A stretch of 64,000 nucleotides of DNA from a virus. The position numbers were made by a program, and so were the translations under genes. The stretch lies in IMG/VR virus record IMGVR_UViG_3300026532_000001, one strand, 5' to 3'. Below are positions 1-8,526 of this stretch, one piece after another (position 1 is the first letter of the stretch; each line of letters opens with the position of its first letter). The notes beneath the pieces were generated by a model. That model saw nothing but the letters and a program-made list of their open reading frames with translations. It did no database searches and was not told the DNA's origin.

Positions 1-389
1 CTGACACTCCCCTGGATAAATCCGAGGGGGTTCTTCCTTCACCCATGAGACTTGCCACTATCTCTTGCGAGGATAGCAGTAGAGGCCCGCATGTCCAGAA
101 GCGTTTTGCACTTCTCGCCAAGAGAGGCACCTGTTCCCGAGTGTCCCTCGGTACAGTCCTGTTCTGATTAGCAAAGCAAAAGGCGATCTGTCCGCTAGGA
201 GAGAATGGCGATCCTGTCAAACAAAACAGGATTTAACGCAGCCTCTTACTTATTATTAGCTAATCTTCCTTTTCAGGAATGAGCAATGCCGGACTCGAAC
301 TGGCTGTACGCCTTGTCGTATTGCCCTTGTTCTCTTGCTTTGTCTCGCTTTAGCCTCCGGTATCTTTCCGTCCGGTTGTCGCAATAAAG

Positions 390-677
390 CTAGTCCCGCC
401 CAAACAATTGCTCAAAGCTCACTGGGCTCTGTCCTCGCAATTTTCGCTCGTTATTCAACGCTTTCCAGATTGCCATGGCCGTTGACAACAGCACGTCACA
501 CCCTTTTTCGGCTTTCCGATATGTTTGCAGTACGACACCTGCGCGACGTGCCATGCTTTCTTGAGACAATTCTGGCAACTGCAAGCGAAACTGCTTTAGC
601 GGTGTTGTGCTACTTGTCACTGCCATATACACTCCTGTGTTCGCTGTTTGACTTGTCATTTCTGTTTGACTTGTCAT
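390..677 (-). CDS. XRE/Cro-CI-type HTH regulator (candidate repressor)
   Basis: 95-aa ORF with an HTH-like segment LSQESMARRAGVVLQTYRKAEKG. It is divergent from the + strand early genes. The N-terminus carries an MTSQTE/MTSQT tandem duplication. Confidence 0.6.
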   Translation of the reverse strand: MTSQTEMTSQTANTGVYMAVTSSTTPLKQFRLQLPELSQESMARRAGVVLQTYRKAEKGCDVLLSTAMAIWKALNNERKLRGQSPVSFEQLFGRD

Positions 678-679
678 TT
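644..679. repeat. perfect tandem duplication of 18 nt (ctgtttgacttgtcattt x2)
   Basis: 644-661 and 662-679 are identical. The repeat sits in the 5' end of the 390..677 ORF and carries TTGTCAT cores also present at 710-733. Confidence 0.9.
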
Positions 680-687
680 CTATATTT

Positions 688-716
688 AATATAGCACATC
701 AACATTCCGATGTCAA
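688..716 (-). promoter_or_regulatory. sigma70-like promoter for 390..677
   Basis: Minus strand TTGACA (711-716), 17-nt spacer, TATATT (688-693). Confidence 0.5.
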
Positions 717-745
717 TAGCAAAACCTGTCAATTTTGTCTATCCA

Positions 746-774
746 TTGAAACTTGCCCCAAAGTCGTCTATAAT
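746..774 (+). promoter_or_regulatory. sigma70-like promoter for the 795.. operon
   Basis: TTGAAA (746-751), 17-nt spacer, TATAAT (769-774). An AAGGAGG SD at 782-788 lies before ATG 795. Confidence 0.55.
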
Positions 775-794
775 TCAACAAAAGGAGGTGAGAT

Positions 795-1622
795 ATGATC
801 AATGAATCATACTATACCGCTTCTGAAGCAAGAAAGGCTTTAGGGCTAAATGACAATACATTTCAGACTTGGGTTAAAAAAGGCAGGATTACCCGTGTGA
901 TGCTTCCAGGACATGGAAAAGGGGTTTACTTGAGGAGTGAGATTGATCGAAAAGTTGCCTTAATGCACGCTGCACTTTTTTTTGATGAGTCCAGGGACCT
1001 AGAATATAGGCAAGCAACAATAAGCGACATGGATGCAGAAAACCATCTCTCACGTCTTGTCTTTGGTCAAAAGGTAGTTACACCGCAGGCAGTTGAGCTA
1101 ACTCGGCGCTTAGCAAGGATCAGTCCTGAAAGCACATATCATCTTTATGACCGTGGGGAGCTTGCTGCTTCAATTAACTTTGTACCGCTTAATCATGATG
1201 CTATTATTGAATTTATCGCAGGTAAACGAGGGTGGCTGTTTGGTCCTGAGTCAATCGAGGGATTCGAGTCAGGAAAGCCTTTAGAATGCATCATAATAGA
1301 TTTCATGTCAAGACCGGATGTCCCACCAACACAGAGAGGAGTTTATGGGCATATTCTCTTAAGAAAGTTCCTGAGCATCACAATGCGACAATGGGGAGAA
1401 AGAGGCGTTGAAATAGCAAAGATCTATGCGAATGGAGGATCTCCAATAGGCAGAAAACTATTAGAAAAGGCAGGTGGAAAGATCTTGAACGTGGCCTCCC
1501 ATGAGTTACACCCCGATATCAAGCGGACTATCTACGAAATCGATATTGCTTCATCGGATAAGATCTTCCTGGAATCCTACAAGCAAGCACTAGCAGAGTG
1601 GAAAGCAGCGGATAAGAGCTAA
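795..1622 (+). CDS. DNA-binding protein, N-terminal excisionase/MerR-type HTH with an uncharacterized C-terminal domain
   Basis: 275-aa ORF with a strong SD. N-terminus YYTASEARKALGLNDNTFQTWVKKGRI resembles excisionase-family HTH. Confidence 0.5.
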   Translation: MINESYYTASEARKALGLNDNTFQTWVKKGRITRVMLPGHGKGVYLRSEIDRKVALMHAALFFDESRDLEYRQATISDMDAENHLSRLVFGQKVVTPQAVELTRRLARISPESTYHLYDRGELAASINFVPLNHDAIIEFIAGKRGWLFGPESIEGFESGKPLECIIIDFMSRPDVPPTQRGVYGHILLRKFLSITMRQWGERGVEIAKIYANGGSPIGRKLLEKAGGKILNVASHELHPDIKRTIYEIDIASSDKIFLESYKQALAEWKAADKS

Positions 1623-1640
1623 TTGCAAGGCTTGCATCTC

Positions 1641-1685
1641 AATACAATACCCATCTTATTGACAAAGTAAGATGGGTATTGTATT
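1641..1685 (+). terminator. 18-bp perfect hairpin downstream of 795..1622
   Basis: aatacaatacccatctta (1641-1658) pairs with taagatgggtattgtatt (1668-1685). There is no clean U-tract. Confidence 0.4.
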
Positions 1686-1833
1686 ATGTATATGTCAGAC
1701 AGAATTAACAAGTCTGACGTGTCTGACAGATAAATTGCAGACAACAAAAAATCCCCCAGGTGCCTGGAACACACCCAAGGGATAGTTCGGAACCACACGG
1801 TTCCTAATCACTGGATAAGGAAAGTATACCATA

Positions 1834-2178
1834 ATGTCACGAACACCAAACCACGCCTATTGCATAGGCACCTCATCACAGCATCGTCATTTCATGGTCA
1901 ATCTCGACTCTCCAAGAGCTGTCGAGATACTGCGGATTGACCAGCCAGACTTCCAATTCTTCGCGACTGAGATCGATGTGCTCAACAGAGTCGAGATCAA
2001 GGAGCAGGTATTCCGGTTCAAGCTAGGTACGACGCTCTACCTCGTAGCCAGCCGCGAAGTCCTAGGCTGGTATTACATCATGATGGCAACAGAACAGGGT
2101 ATGGGGTGTACCTGTAAACGCCCTAACTGCCCACATTTGGAGATGCTGAGACAGCACCAGAACGAAGTAGCAGCTTAG
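1834..2178 (+). CDS. SWIM zinc-finger protein
   Basis: CxC-x(n)-CxH signature GCTCKRPNCPHLEM near the C-terminus. Confidence 0.55.
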   Translation: MSRTPNHAYCIGTSSQHRHFMVNLDSPRAVEILRIDQPDFQFFATEIDVLNRVEIKEQVFRFKLGTTLYLVASREVLGWYYIMMATEQGMGCTCKRPNCPHLEMLRQHQNEVAA

Positions 2179-2246
2179 TTTCATGGGAGTTGGCCTCTGT
2201 GCTGACTCCCACTCTTATTCTCCCTTTTACTAGACATGGAAGCGTT

Positions 2247-2921
2247 ATGGGCAACAACAGTATCATTGAACATCGTGGGAGTTATTACTATGTTGCACTT
2301 CGAGAGGAATATCTTACTATCTGCTTGAAGGCAACATACAAGAAACAGGTCAAGGCGAAATCTGGATGTAAAGCCTCACCACACTGTAAAGCTTTCATCC
2401 TAGATATCCTAGAGCACTGGACAAATACGAAAAGAGGCAGAGGAGAGGATTTAGCCGTGTTTATGACGTATCAGCAGTGGTCAGACTCCATGTATGGCAT
2501 GTTTGGGCGTACTGCCATAATCGATAGTCTTGATGAATTGATCGGTGAAGGGCTGGTCTTTAAAGAGCCTTATAAGATGCCAGGGAACAAAGATACTTAC
2601 CAATATCGACTCAACTATCAGGAACTTAATAGACGAATAAAGCAGCTTCCAGAGCGCAATCCCTATGATACACGTCCACAAATGAACGCGTCCACAAGTA
2701 AATCGGACCCGTCCACAAGTAAACGGGTCACCCGTCCACAAGTGGATGCATACCCGTCCACAAGTAAACGCAACATAGATACTACACAGACACCTTCCAC
2801 AAACTCGCATAGAAAAGAGCCCTCCTCATTTTCAAAAGCAGCACCAGGACAAGCTCGGTCATCCTATGATGACCCCGATTATGTAGATGACACCTTTTAT
2901 CCATCAAAAGGAGCAAATTAG
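2247..2921 (+). CDS. putative replication initiator (iteron-containing gene, lambda O-like arrangement)
   Basis: Lies directly upstream of, and overlapping, the DnaC-like loader. Its C-terminal third is encoded by the iteron array (PSTSK repeats). ATG 2247 is preferred over TTG 2190. Confidence 0.45.
   Translation: MGNNSIIEHRGSYYYVALREEYLTICLKATYKKQVKAKSGCKASPHCKAFILDILEHWTNTKRGRGEDLAVFMTYQQWSDSMYGMFGRTAIIDSLDELIGEGLVFKEPYKMPGNKDTYQYRLNYQELNRRIKQLPERNPYDTRPQMNASTSKSDPSTSKRVTRPQVDAYPSTSKRNIDTTQTPSTNSHRKEPSSFSKAAPGQARSSYDDPDYVDDTFYPSKGAN
2674..2803. repeat. iteron array, six copies of core TCCACAA (four as CCGTCCACAAGT[A/G])
   Basis: Cores at 2675, 2691, 2712, 2735, 2757 and 2796. The inner spacings are 21-23 nt, about two helical turns. 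Confidence 0.8.
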
Positions 2922-3760
2922 TGGAACACATAAACGAGACGCTTAACCGGATGGACATGAAACGGAAACTATTTATTGTTCCCCCGCCTCAACCTGAAGC
3001 CGAGTGCTCTGCCTGCCAGGACAAAGGATGGACACGCCGTGATGAGTACGGTCCTGAGACTGGCTATAGATCGGTGTTAGTCCCTTGCCCTAGCTGCACA
3101 CCAGAAAGGCGGGCTAAGCAATCTGAGATTATGCAAGCCAGGCTGGTAGATAGACTCTTTGGCGGTTCGCAGATCCCCTACAAAGCCCGTGATTGGGAGT
3201 TTGATACCTTTCCTGAGAACGGTGACCAGGACGCCCGTGCCCTGGTCGAGCACTTTGTCCAGACCCACAGGGATATGACAGATGAGACCAGCAAACGTGG
3301 TCTATGGCTAGCGGGTACCCTTGGCAGAGGCAAGACAGGGCTCTCAATTTGTACACTCAAAGAATTTATGCGAGCTGGTCATCTCTCGTTATTCGTCTCG
3401 ACTCCTCAACTGATGGATAGGCTACGGGCTACCTTTGAGAAGGACTCCGATGAGAGTCAAGACGAGCTGCTCAAGGTGATAACCGAGGTGCCTTTCCTCG
3501 TCCTAGACGATTTGGGAGTCGAGAAACCGACCGTCTATGTGTTGGAGCGTTTCTATCTGATTGTCGACAAGAGGCAAAGCAGAGGGCTTTATACGATATT
3601 CAGCAGCAATCTTAGCACAAAGGATCTAGAAGCCTACTGGCGACCGTCTGACGTGCTTCCCGGTGGCTTCCACCCGGGACTTCGGATTGTCGAGAGGATA
3701 CGCGAGTATTGTATGGGCGTGAGTATCAAAGGCGGGAATTTGAGGGAAACGAGATGGTAG
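2921..3760 (+). CDS. DnaC/IstB-like AAA+ helicase loader with an N-terminal Cys4 zinc ribbon
   Basis: Walker A GTLGRGKTGLS, Walker B FLVLDDLGVEK, sensor-1-like TIFSSN. N-terminal CSACQD...CPSC. GTG start overlaps the upstream stop. Confidence 0.8.
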   Translation: MEHINETLNRMDMKRKLFIVPPPQPEAECSACQDKGWTRRDEYGPETGYRSVLVPCPSCTPERRAKQSEIMQARLVDRLFGGSQIPYKARDWEFDTFPENGDQDARALVEHFVQTHRDMTDETSKRGLWLAGTLGRGKTGLSICTLKEFMRAGHLSLFVSTPQLMDRLRATFEKDSDESQDELLKVITEVPFLVLDDLGVEKPTVYVLERFYLIVDKRQSRGLYTIFSSNLSTKDLEAYWRPSDVLPGGFHPGLRIVERIREYCMGVSIKGGNLRETRW

Positions 3761-3891
3761 GCTGTAATGAGTAGGAAGGAAGGACATAGACAGCTTTTAT
3801 GATTGCCTTGAGGGATTACTGCAATTGCAGAGGGAAGAGCAAGTTTGAAGGTTGTTCAGTACGTCTTGAGGCACACTTGGGGCTATCGTGA

Positions 3892-3931
3892 GATAGTATA
3901 GCACGCTAAGTACCACCTCTGCTATACTATC
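3892..3931 (+). promoter_or_regulatory. 11-bp inverted repeat overlapping an extended -10 (TGcTATACT 3920-3928) just before ATG 3935
   Basis: gatagtatagc (3892-3902) pairs with gctatactatc (3921-3931). The -10 ends 6 nt before the start codon and no SD is present. Confidence 0.4.
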
Positions 3932-3934
3932 AGC

Positions 3935-5542
3935 ATGCTATCGAATTCTCAATTCCGTGCCCAGTGCCAAGAACAACTTCTGGCATATGGGGCAAAGCAC
4001 CAGTACACGTACACAGCATTTGAGATCATATTTCACTTCTCATCGGCCTACGCTGGCTACGATCTCTTACACTTGGATGGCATCATTCAAAAAGCTGTCG
4101 TAGATGACGTCATGGCAGGGATGAAGCTCCCGGAATCGAGTCATCCCTACGAGATCCCCATCCCGTTAGAAATCGTCTGGAAAAGCGAAAGTGGCGTTCC
4201 ACTCTACAATTCGACCAGCCTTTTCCCAGAGGGAAAGTTCCTCAAAAAGGTCTCCTGGTGGGTGAAACGTAACGATGAGCTAGGACCGCGTTTCGCCACT
4301 CGCAAGCGGGACGGGACATGGTGGCAACCGGATGGTGGAACGGGAACCTACAAAGAGTACCGTATGCCGCTACCAACAACGGGAACAAGGGCCATTGTCG
4401 GGTATGGCGTTGGGGACATTCTTGAGATACGTCGCCTGCTGAGCAGCTTTGTTGCACTTGGCAAGAAGATCGGGGTCGGTTTTGGGCAAGTAACCCATTT
4501 CGAGATCAACCCGTGCAACATGCAGCACCGCTATGCATTCTTGCGTGATGGGGAATTACTCCGACCTGTTCCGCTGGCTGCTATGGGAGATCTGCAATTA
4601 GCGCCTGCCCAGGGTGCAATGCCCAGGCAGATAGCTTTCAGTCCACCCTACTGGCTTGCATTTCATCAAGCCAAATGCTTTGATGAAAGGATATGCGTCA
4701 AATCCTCATCAGCATATGTTATGTTCCCCAAACAGGAGGAAACACAGAGCATTGCAGATTTCCTACATAAATGTGAAGGATATGAGTTTAGGCGCAACGC
4801 TGGAGATATCACGCTCGTTCATGCCAAAATGCAACGTGGGAAGGGCAGAGGAGAACTGTGTGCTCTTTCAGGATTGCCTATTGTCGCGAATGGGGCTGTT
4901 ACTGCTCGTGATATCCTCAGCAATAGCATGGGGAACGTCGTGGACTTTCTCAAAGCGCCTGATTCGCATTGGATAAGCAATGAGGCGGCGATTATCATGA
5001 GCCAGCCCAGGAAGTTTCATCGCAATCTTGTGGCACTCATCTCTCCAGATAGTACGGATGGCTGGTTACTTTGGCCGACAATCGCCCTCGATCCTGATCA
5101 CCCGCAACAGGCACGCCCATTGTGGCGTGAGATCGTTCTAGACTGCGTAGAGAAGTATTTAGGCTGGCAGTGCGTATTGATCTTCAAGGATGAGCCCAAA
5201 TCACGCACGTGGCCTAGAGCAAGGATAGGGACCATTGGAGATCGGACACCACTGCTCTTCTCTGATTTTGATAAGCGTGGATGGGGAATGAGTGATCTTC
5301 TCATGATCGATATACACGAAACCAAGCGTCAGATGCTCAAGATCGAGTCGTGGCTTGACGCTGGATATTCTCGCAGTGCTTTGCAAACAGGCAATATTTC
5401 GGCTTCTGCAGAAAACCTGATAGAAGCCGTTACCATTCAGAAACAGCTAGAAGTCATGCGACACACTCATGAATTTATTATTGCATGGCGCATTGCTCGC
5501 TCAAAAGAAGAGCGAGATCTCAGGGAAGGAAAGAAAGCCTAA
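3935..5542 (+). CDS. RAMP-like protein (Cas5/Cas6-like N-terminal domain) fused to an uncharacterized ~340-aa C-terminal region
   Basis: 535-aa ORF, first gene of a coupled operon. N-terminal domain ends in a glycine-rich loop ALGKKIGVGFGQV (nt 4454-4492) of the GxxxxxGFG type seen in Cas6/Cas5 RAMPs. The ORF itself is solid; the functional call is inference. Confidence 0.4.
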   Translation: MLSNSQFRAQCQEQLLAYGAKHQYTYTAFEIIFHFSSAYAGYDLLHLDGIIQKAVVDDVMAGMKLPESSHPYEIPIPLEIVWKSESGVPLYNSTSLFPEGKFLKKVSWWVKRNDELGPRFATRKRDGTWWQPDGGTGTYKEYRMPLPTTGTRAIVGYGVGDILEIRRLLSSFVALGKKIGVGFGQVTHFEINPCNMQHRYAFLRDGELLRPVPLAAMGDLQLAPAQGAMPRQIAFSPPYWLAFHQAKCFDERICVKSSSAYVMFPKQEETQSIADFLHKCEGYEFRRNAGDITLVHAKMQRGKGRGELCALSGLPIVANGAVTARDILSNSMGNVVDFLKAPDSHWISNEAAIIMSQPRKFHRNLVALISPDSTDGWLLWPTIALDPDHPQQARPLWREIVLDCVEKYLGWQCVLIFKDEPKSRTWPRARIGTIGDRTPLLFSDFDKRGWGMSDLLMIDIHETKRQMLKIESWLDAGYSRSALQTGNISASAENLIEAVTIQKQLEVMRHTHEFIIAWRIARSKEERDLREGKKA

Positions 5543-7053
5543 TGTCTATTTTTGCTCTATTAGTTGCCCAAACGCCCATATCACACGGTGATCCTGGTGT
5601 AAGCAACGCATCCAATGTCATGCCGTTTCGCATGCAAGAGAGCCTCTATGCACGTCCAACACCACAAACGCCAATAGAGGACGATGAGGATCGCATTGGA
5701 CTGGAACCCGCAGAGCTCCAGATAGCCAATTTGCGCAAGGCAGAGGCAGCACTCATCCGCATGGTGGCCAGTTATCCACTCCCCGCAAACTCAGCACTAG
5801 CGGATGCTTTGCAGCAGCTTTCAGCAGAGGAGTTTGTTGCCTCTGCTTTTGTGTACTCACTCATTGCCCAGTTGAACCCGATGAATAAGGGAGATGGCTC
5901 TGGGCTCTTTAGCGGCATAGATCGCTACAATATGCTGCTCAAGCGTCTGGGGATTGTCTCAAATCAGTTCAATACCTCATTCTTCACGCTCTATTCAAGC
6001 CTCCTGAATGAATTGCTCATCAATGAGACACTGCCGCATTTTGTTGATCAACTCTATCCGTTTGCAGGTCTTCCACGCGGCTTGCAACAGTCCGTGATTG
6101 CTACACTGGGCAAAGAGCGCCAATCTGTCATCAGCATAGCCAGAGCGTGGTACAACGCCATCAAAGAGGCAAAAGAGAACAATCCAGATTGGGAGAAATG
6201 GGAAAGCATCTATTATGATCCTACTGGCAAGGTCTCAGGGAGCAGCTTAGACGATGCAGAAGCGGCTATTCCGCATATCAGTGGCAATGCATTCAGACAC
6301 TCCATCTTTCGAGAGATATTGTGTACGCATCTCTTGCAGGTATTGGAGTTTGGGTCGGTTGCCGATGTCGTCAAGAGTAATCTCATGCCTCCATATGTGA
6401 TCATGCTGCTCTCCAATGGCGGCAATATGGCGGCAAAAAGCACAGCACCTGACAATAGCGAGGCTATCAGTGCTACGATCAAGCGCACGTTCCCGTCTCT
6501 CGAACTGGTCTCAGGTGTGCTTCCAACGCACATTATGGGAGAAGGGGCTTTAAGAGTCGCTAATTGGACACTATGCCTGCAGAATAATGCCAATACAGCG
6601 GCATACGGCTATACGCGTGATATAGAGGCTGCTGCAACCCTAACTATTGTCACACATGCACGTCATGTTCCTGACGGTATGGATCATTCGAAAGAGTCGG
6701 GTCAGGGGCTTTTTGCCTATACTGCCATGAAGCCCGGGGCTCGTATCCTGATGAAACTGGACTTTCATCCATTCACCAGCGAGTTGGCCCGTGGAGCTGC
6801 ATACTTTGCGTTCAAAGAGTGGATAGCACGCGGTGCTCAAGTTGGAGGTCGCGAAGGGAGCGGATCAGGTCATTTTCTTGTGCCGGAGATCTCTATCCGT
6901 CCGTCATCAACGTTTGAGGATGAGAGTCTTGAGCAGTATGAGGATTATGCGCAAGAATATCAAGAATATGTTCAAGCCAACAAAGAGGTGCTACGAGAGG
7001 CATTGATGTACGGAACACTTGGCTGGCGTGAGAGGCTTAAGGCATGGGGATAG
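5542..7053 (+). CDS. Cas7-group RAMP-like protein (Csf2/Csm3/Cmr4-like motifs) with a large internal insertion
   Basis: ATG 5542 overlaps the upstream TAA (TAATG). Motifs: ALLVAQTPISHGD, IPHISGNAFRHSIFRE (nt 6268-6315), and G-loop VGGREGSGSGHF (nt 6841-6876). The functional call is inference. Confidence 0.45.
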   Translation: MSIFALLVAQTPISHGDPGVSNASNVMPFRMQESLYARPTPQTPIEDDEDRIGLEPAELQIANLRKAEAALIRMVASYPLPANSALADALQQLSAEEFVASAFVYSLIAQLNPMNKGDGSGLFSGIDRYNMLLKRLGIVSNQFNTSFFTLYSSLLNELLINETLPHFVDQLYPFAGLPRGLQQSVIATLGKERQSVISIARAWYNAIKEAKENNPDWEKWESIYYDPTGKVSGSSLDDAEAAIPHISGNAFRHSIFREILCTHLLQVLEFGSVADVVKSNLMPPYVIMLLSNGGNMAAKSTAPDNSEAISATIKRTFPSLELVSGVLPTHIMGEGALRVANWTLCLQNNANTAAYGYTRDIEAAATLTIVTHARHVPDGMDHSKESGQGLFAYTAMKPGARILMKLDFHPFTSELARGAAYFAFKEWIARGAQVGGREGSGSGHFLVPEISIRPSSTFEDESLEQYEDYAQEYQEYVQANKEVLREALMYGTLGWRERLKAWG

Positions 7054-7646
7054 CACACGTTGTTGTCATTCCTACGGTAAGCGAGCGGTCTACATATTGC
7101 GAGCAGACCGCATATCAATGGCACAATCTCGGATACGATGTAACCGTGTCTTGTCAATCTGACAATATCCCATGTTCTCCTAAACAGCATGGGATAATCG
7201 CTATTGCATCTTTGCGCAAGTCTTACAACAAAGAGCCTCTTGTCTTCTGTGAAGACGATGTGAGCATTGATAGACGTATTGCAGATATACGAATACCTGA
7301 AGAAGTCCATGCACTTACATTCTATTTACCCGGCAAGCGATTTTATCCACGTCGTATACTAACTACTCCAATACTAGAGCCTGAAGTATTTCAAATCATT
7401 AATCTCAAAGAGTGGTTTGGCACACAATGTATCTGGTTATCTTCTTCAACTATTGAAGCTCTTCTAGAAGCGGATCATGCCCCAGCAGGCTTTGATACTA
7501 TCCTGAGAACCTATCTCCTACAACACAATCTCCTTATGCATAGTATTATCCCAAATCTTGTACAACACCTATCCCCACCTTCAATAACATCAAAGCGATA
7601 TCATCCACACAAAAGCATCACATTTGGAGTAGAGCACCATGCGTGA
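7044..7646 (+). CDS. GT-A-fold glycosyltransferase-like protein (GT2/GT25-like)
   Basis: N-terminal VVVIPTVSER strand and an FCEDDV (DxD-like) motif. Has a 10-nt overlap with the upstream gene. Weak motif-level call. Confidence 0.3.
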   Translation: MGIAHVVVIPTVSERSTYCEQTAYQWHNLGYDVTVSCQSDNIPCSPKQHGIIAIASLRKSYNKEPLVFCEDDVSIDRRIADIRIPEEVHALTFYLPGKRFYPRRILTTPILEPEVFQIINLKEWFGTQCIWLSSSTIEALLEADHAPAGFDTILRTYLLQHNLLMHSIIPNLVQHLSPPSITSKRYHPHKSITFGVEHHA

Positions 7647-8442
7647 TATAGAGCGTTTGCAATTTGAGATGCATGCCAAACTACCAGCATTCAAGAGAAA
7701 GGTCGAACGGGCACAAGCAATTATCGATGAAGCTCTAGCTTTAAATGTACCATTCTATATAGCCTTCAGTGGAGGCATTGACTCAACTTGTCTTTTAGAT
7801 CTCATATGGCAAGTAAAGCCTAATAGTGCCATCTATTGGATTGATGATGGTGCCGATTATCCTGAAACGTTACAATTCGTGCAAGATACCTCAATTCGGT
7901 ATAGATTTCCGCAAAAATACATTAGGGGGGTAAAAGCATGGAAACAGTGGTGCGTCGAGATGGGTAGACCGGATCTGCAATCTGGAGAAGCTATGGATAG
8001 CGCATGGATGAATCCTCTGGTCCCATGGCACGGATATTGGCTCTCTGACACACAATATGCGAAATGGCTGCAATCGGAAGGTATAGGGCTGGTCTTTCTT
8101 GGCACGCTAGCGTGTGAGAGCAGCAAAAGACGCATGATACTCAAAGGTGGGTACAGGCCACTCTATCAGGTCAAGACAGAATACGGCATGTGGCACTGTT
8201 CCCCTCTGGCATCGTGGGATAAAAAGGACATATGGGCATACGCTATATCTAACAATCTTCCATACAATCCTGTATACGATAAGCTTGCAGAGCTAGGTTT
8301 GCCATTAGAGAGAAGACGTGTTGCTCCTCTGACATGCTACAAGGTCACACAATTTGGTTCTGTAGCATTTTTACGTTCTGGATGGCCTGGACTGTATAAC
8401 ATGCTGAGTGCGACCTTCCCAAAGGTCCGGGAATATAGTTAG
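7639..8442 (+). CDS. PAPS reductase / CysH-family PP-loop protein
   Basis: FSGGIDSTCLLDL PP-loop, WIDDGADYPET, and C-terminal WHCSPLASWDKKDIWAY...LPYNPVYD. Has an 8-nt overlap with the upstream gene. Confidence 0.8.
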   Translation: MRDIERLQFEMHAKLPAFKRKVERAQAIIDEALALNVPFYIAFSGGIDSTCLLDLIWQVKPNSAIYWIDDGADYPETLQFVQDTSIRYRFPQKYIRGVKAWKQWCVEMGRPDLQSGEAMDSAWMNPLVPWHGYWLSDTQYAKWLQSEGIGLVFLGTLACESSKRRMILKGGYRPLYQVKTEYGMWHCSPLASWDKKDIWAYAISNNLPYNPVYDKLAELGLPLERRRVAPLTCYKVTQFGSVAFLRSGWPGLYNMLSATFPKVREYS

Positions 8443-8526
8443 AACGCCTGTTTCTTGACTCGTGGCCTAGACTCGGTTCGTAGTAGTGCGACTATTGTCG
8501 ACAGAGCCTAGACAGAGGTAGACACT

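Noticed and set aside
280-304. tRNA-like T-arm on the minus strand (GCCAGTTCGAGTCCGGC followed by ATTGCTCA), considered as a tRNA gene or an att core.
   Set aside because: There is no matching 5' acceptor strand, D-arm or anticodon arm upstream, and the T-stem has an A-C mismatch. It could be a tRNA 3' fragment, but I cannot support that.
5485-5541. An N-terminal extension of the Cas7-like ORF (start at 5485).
   Set aside because: It overlaps the end of the upstream gene. ATG 5542 forms a TAATG coupling and starts exactly at the RAMP-type N-terminal strand.
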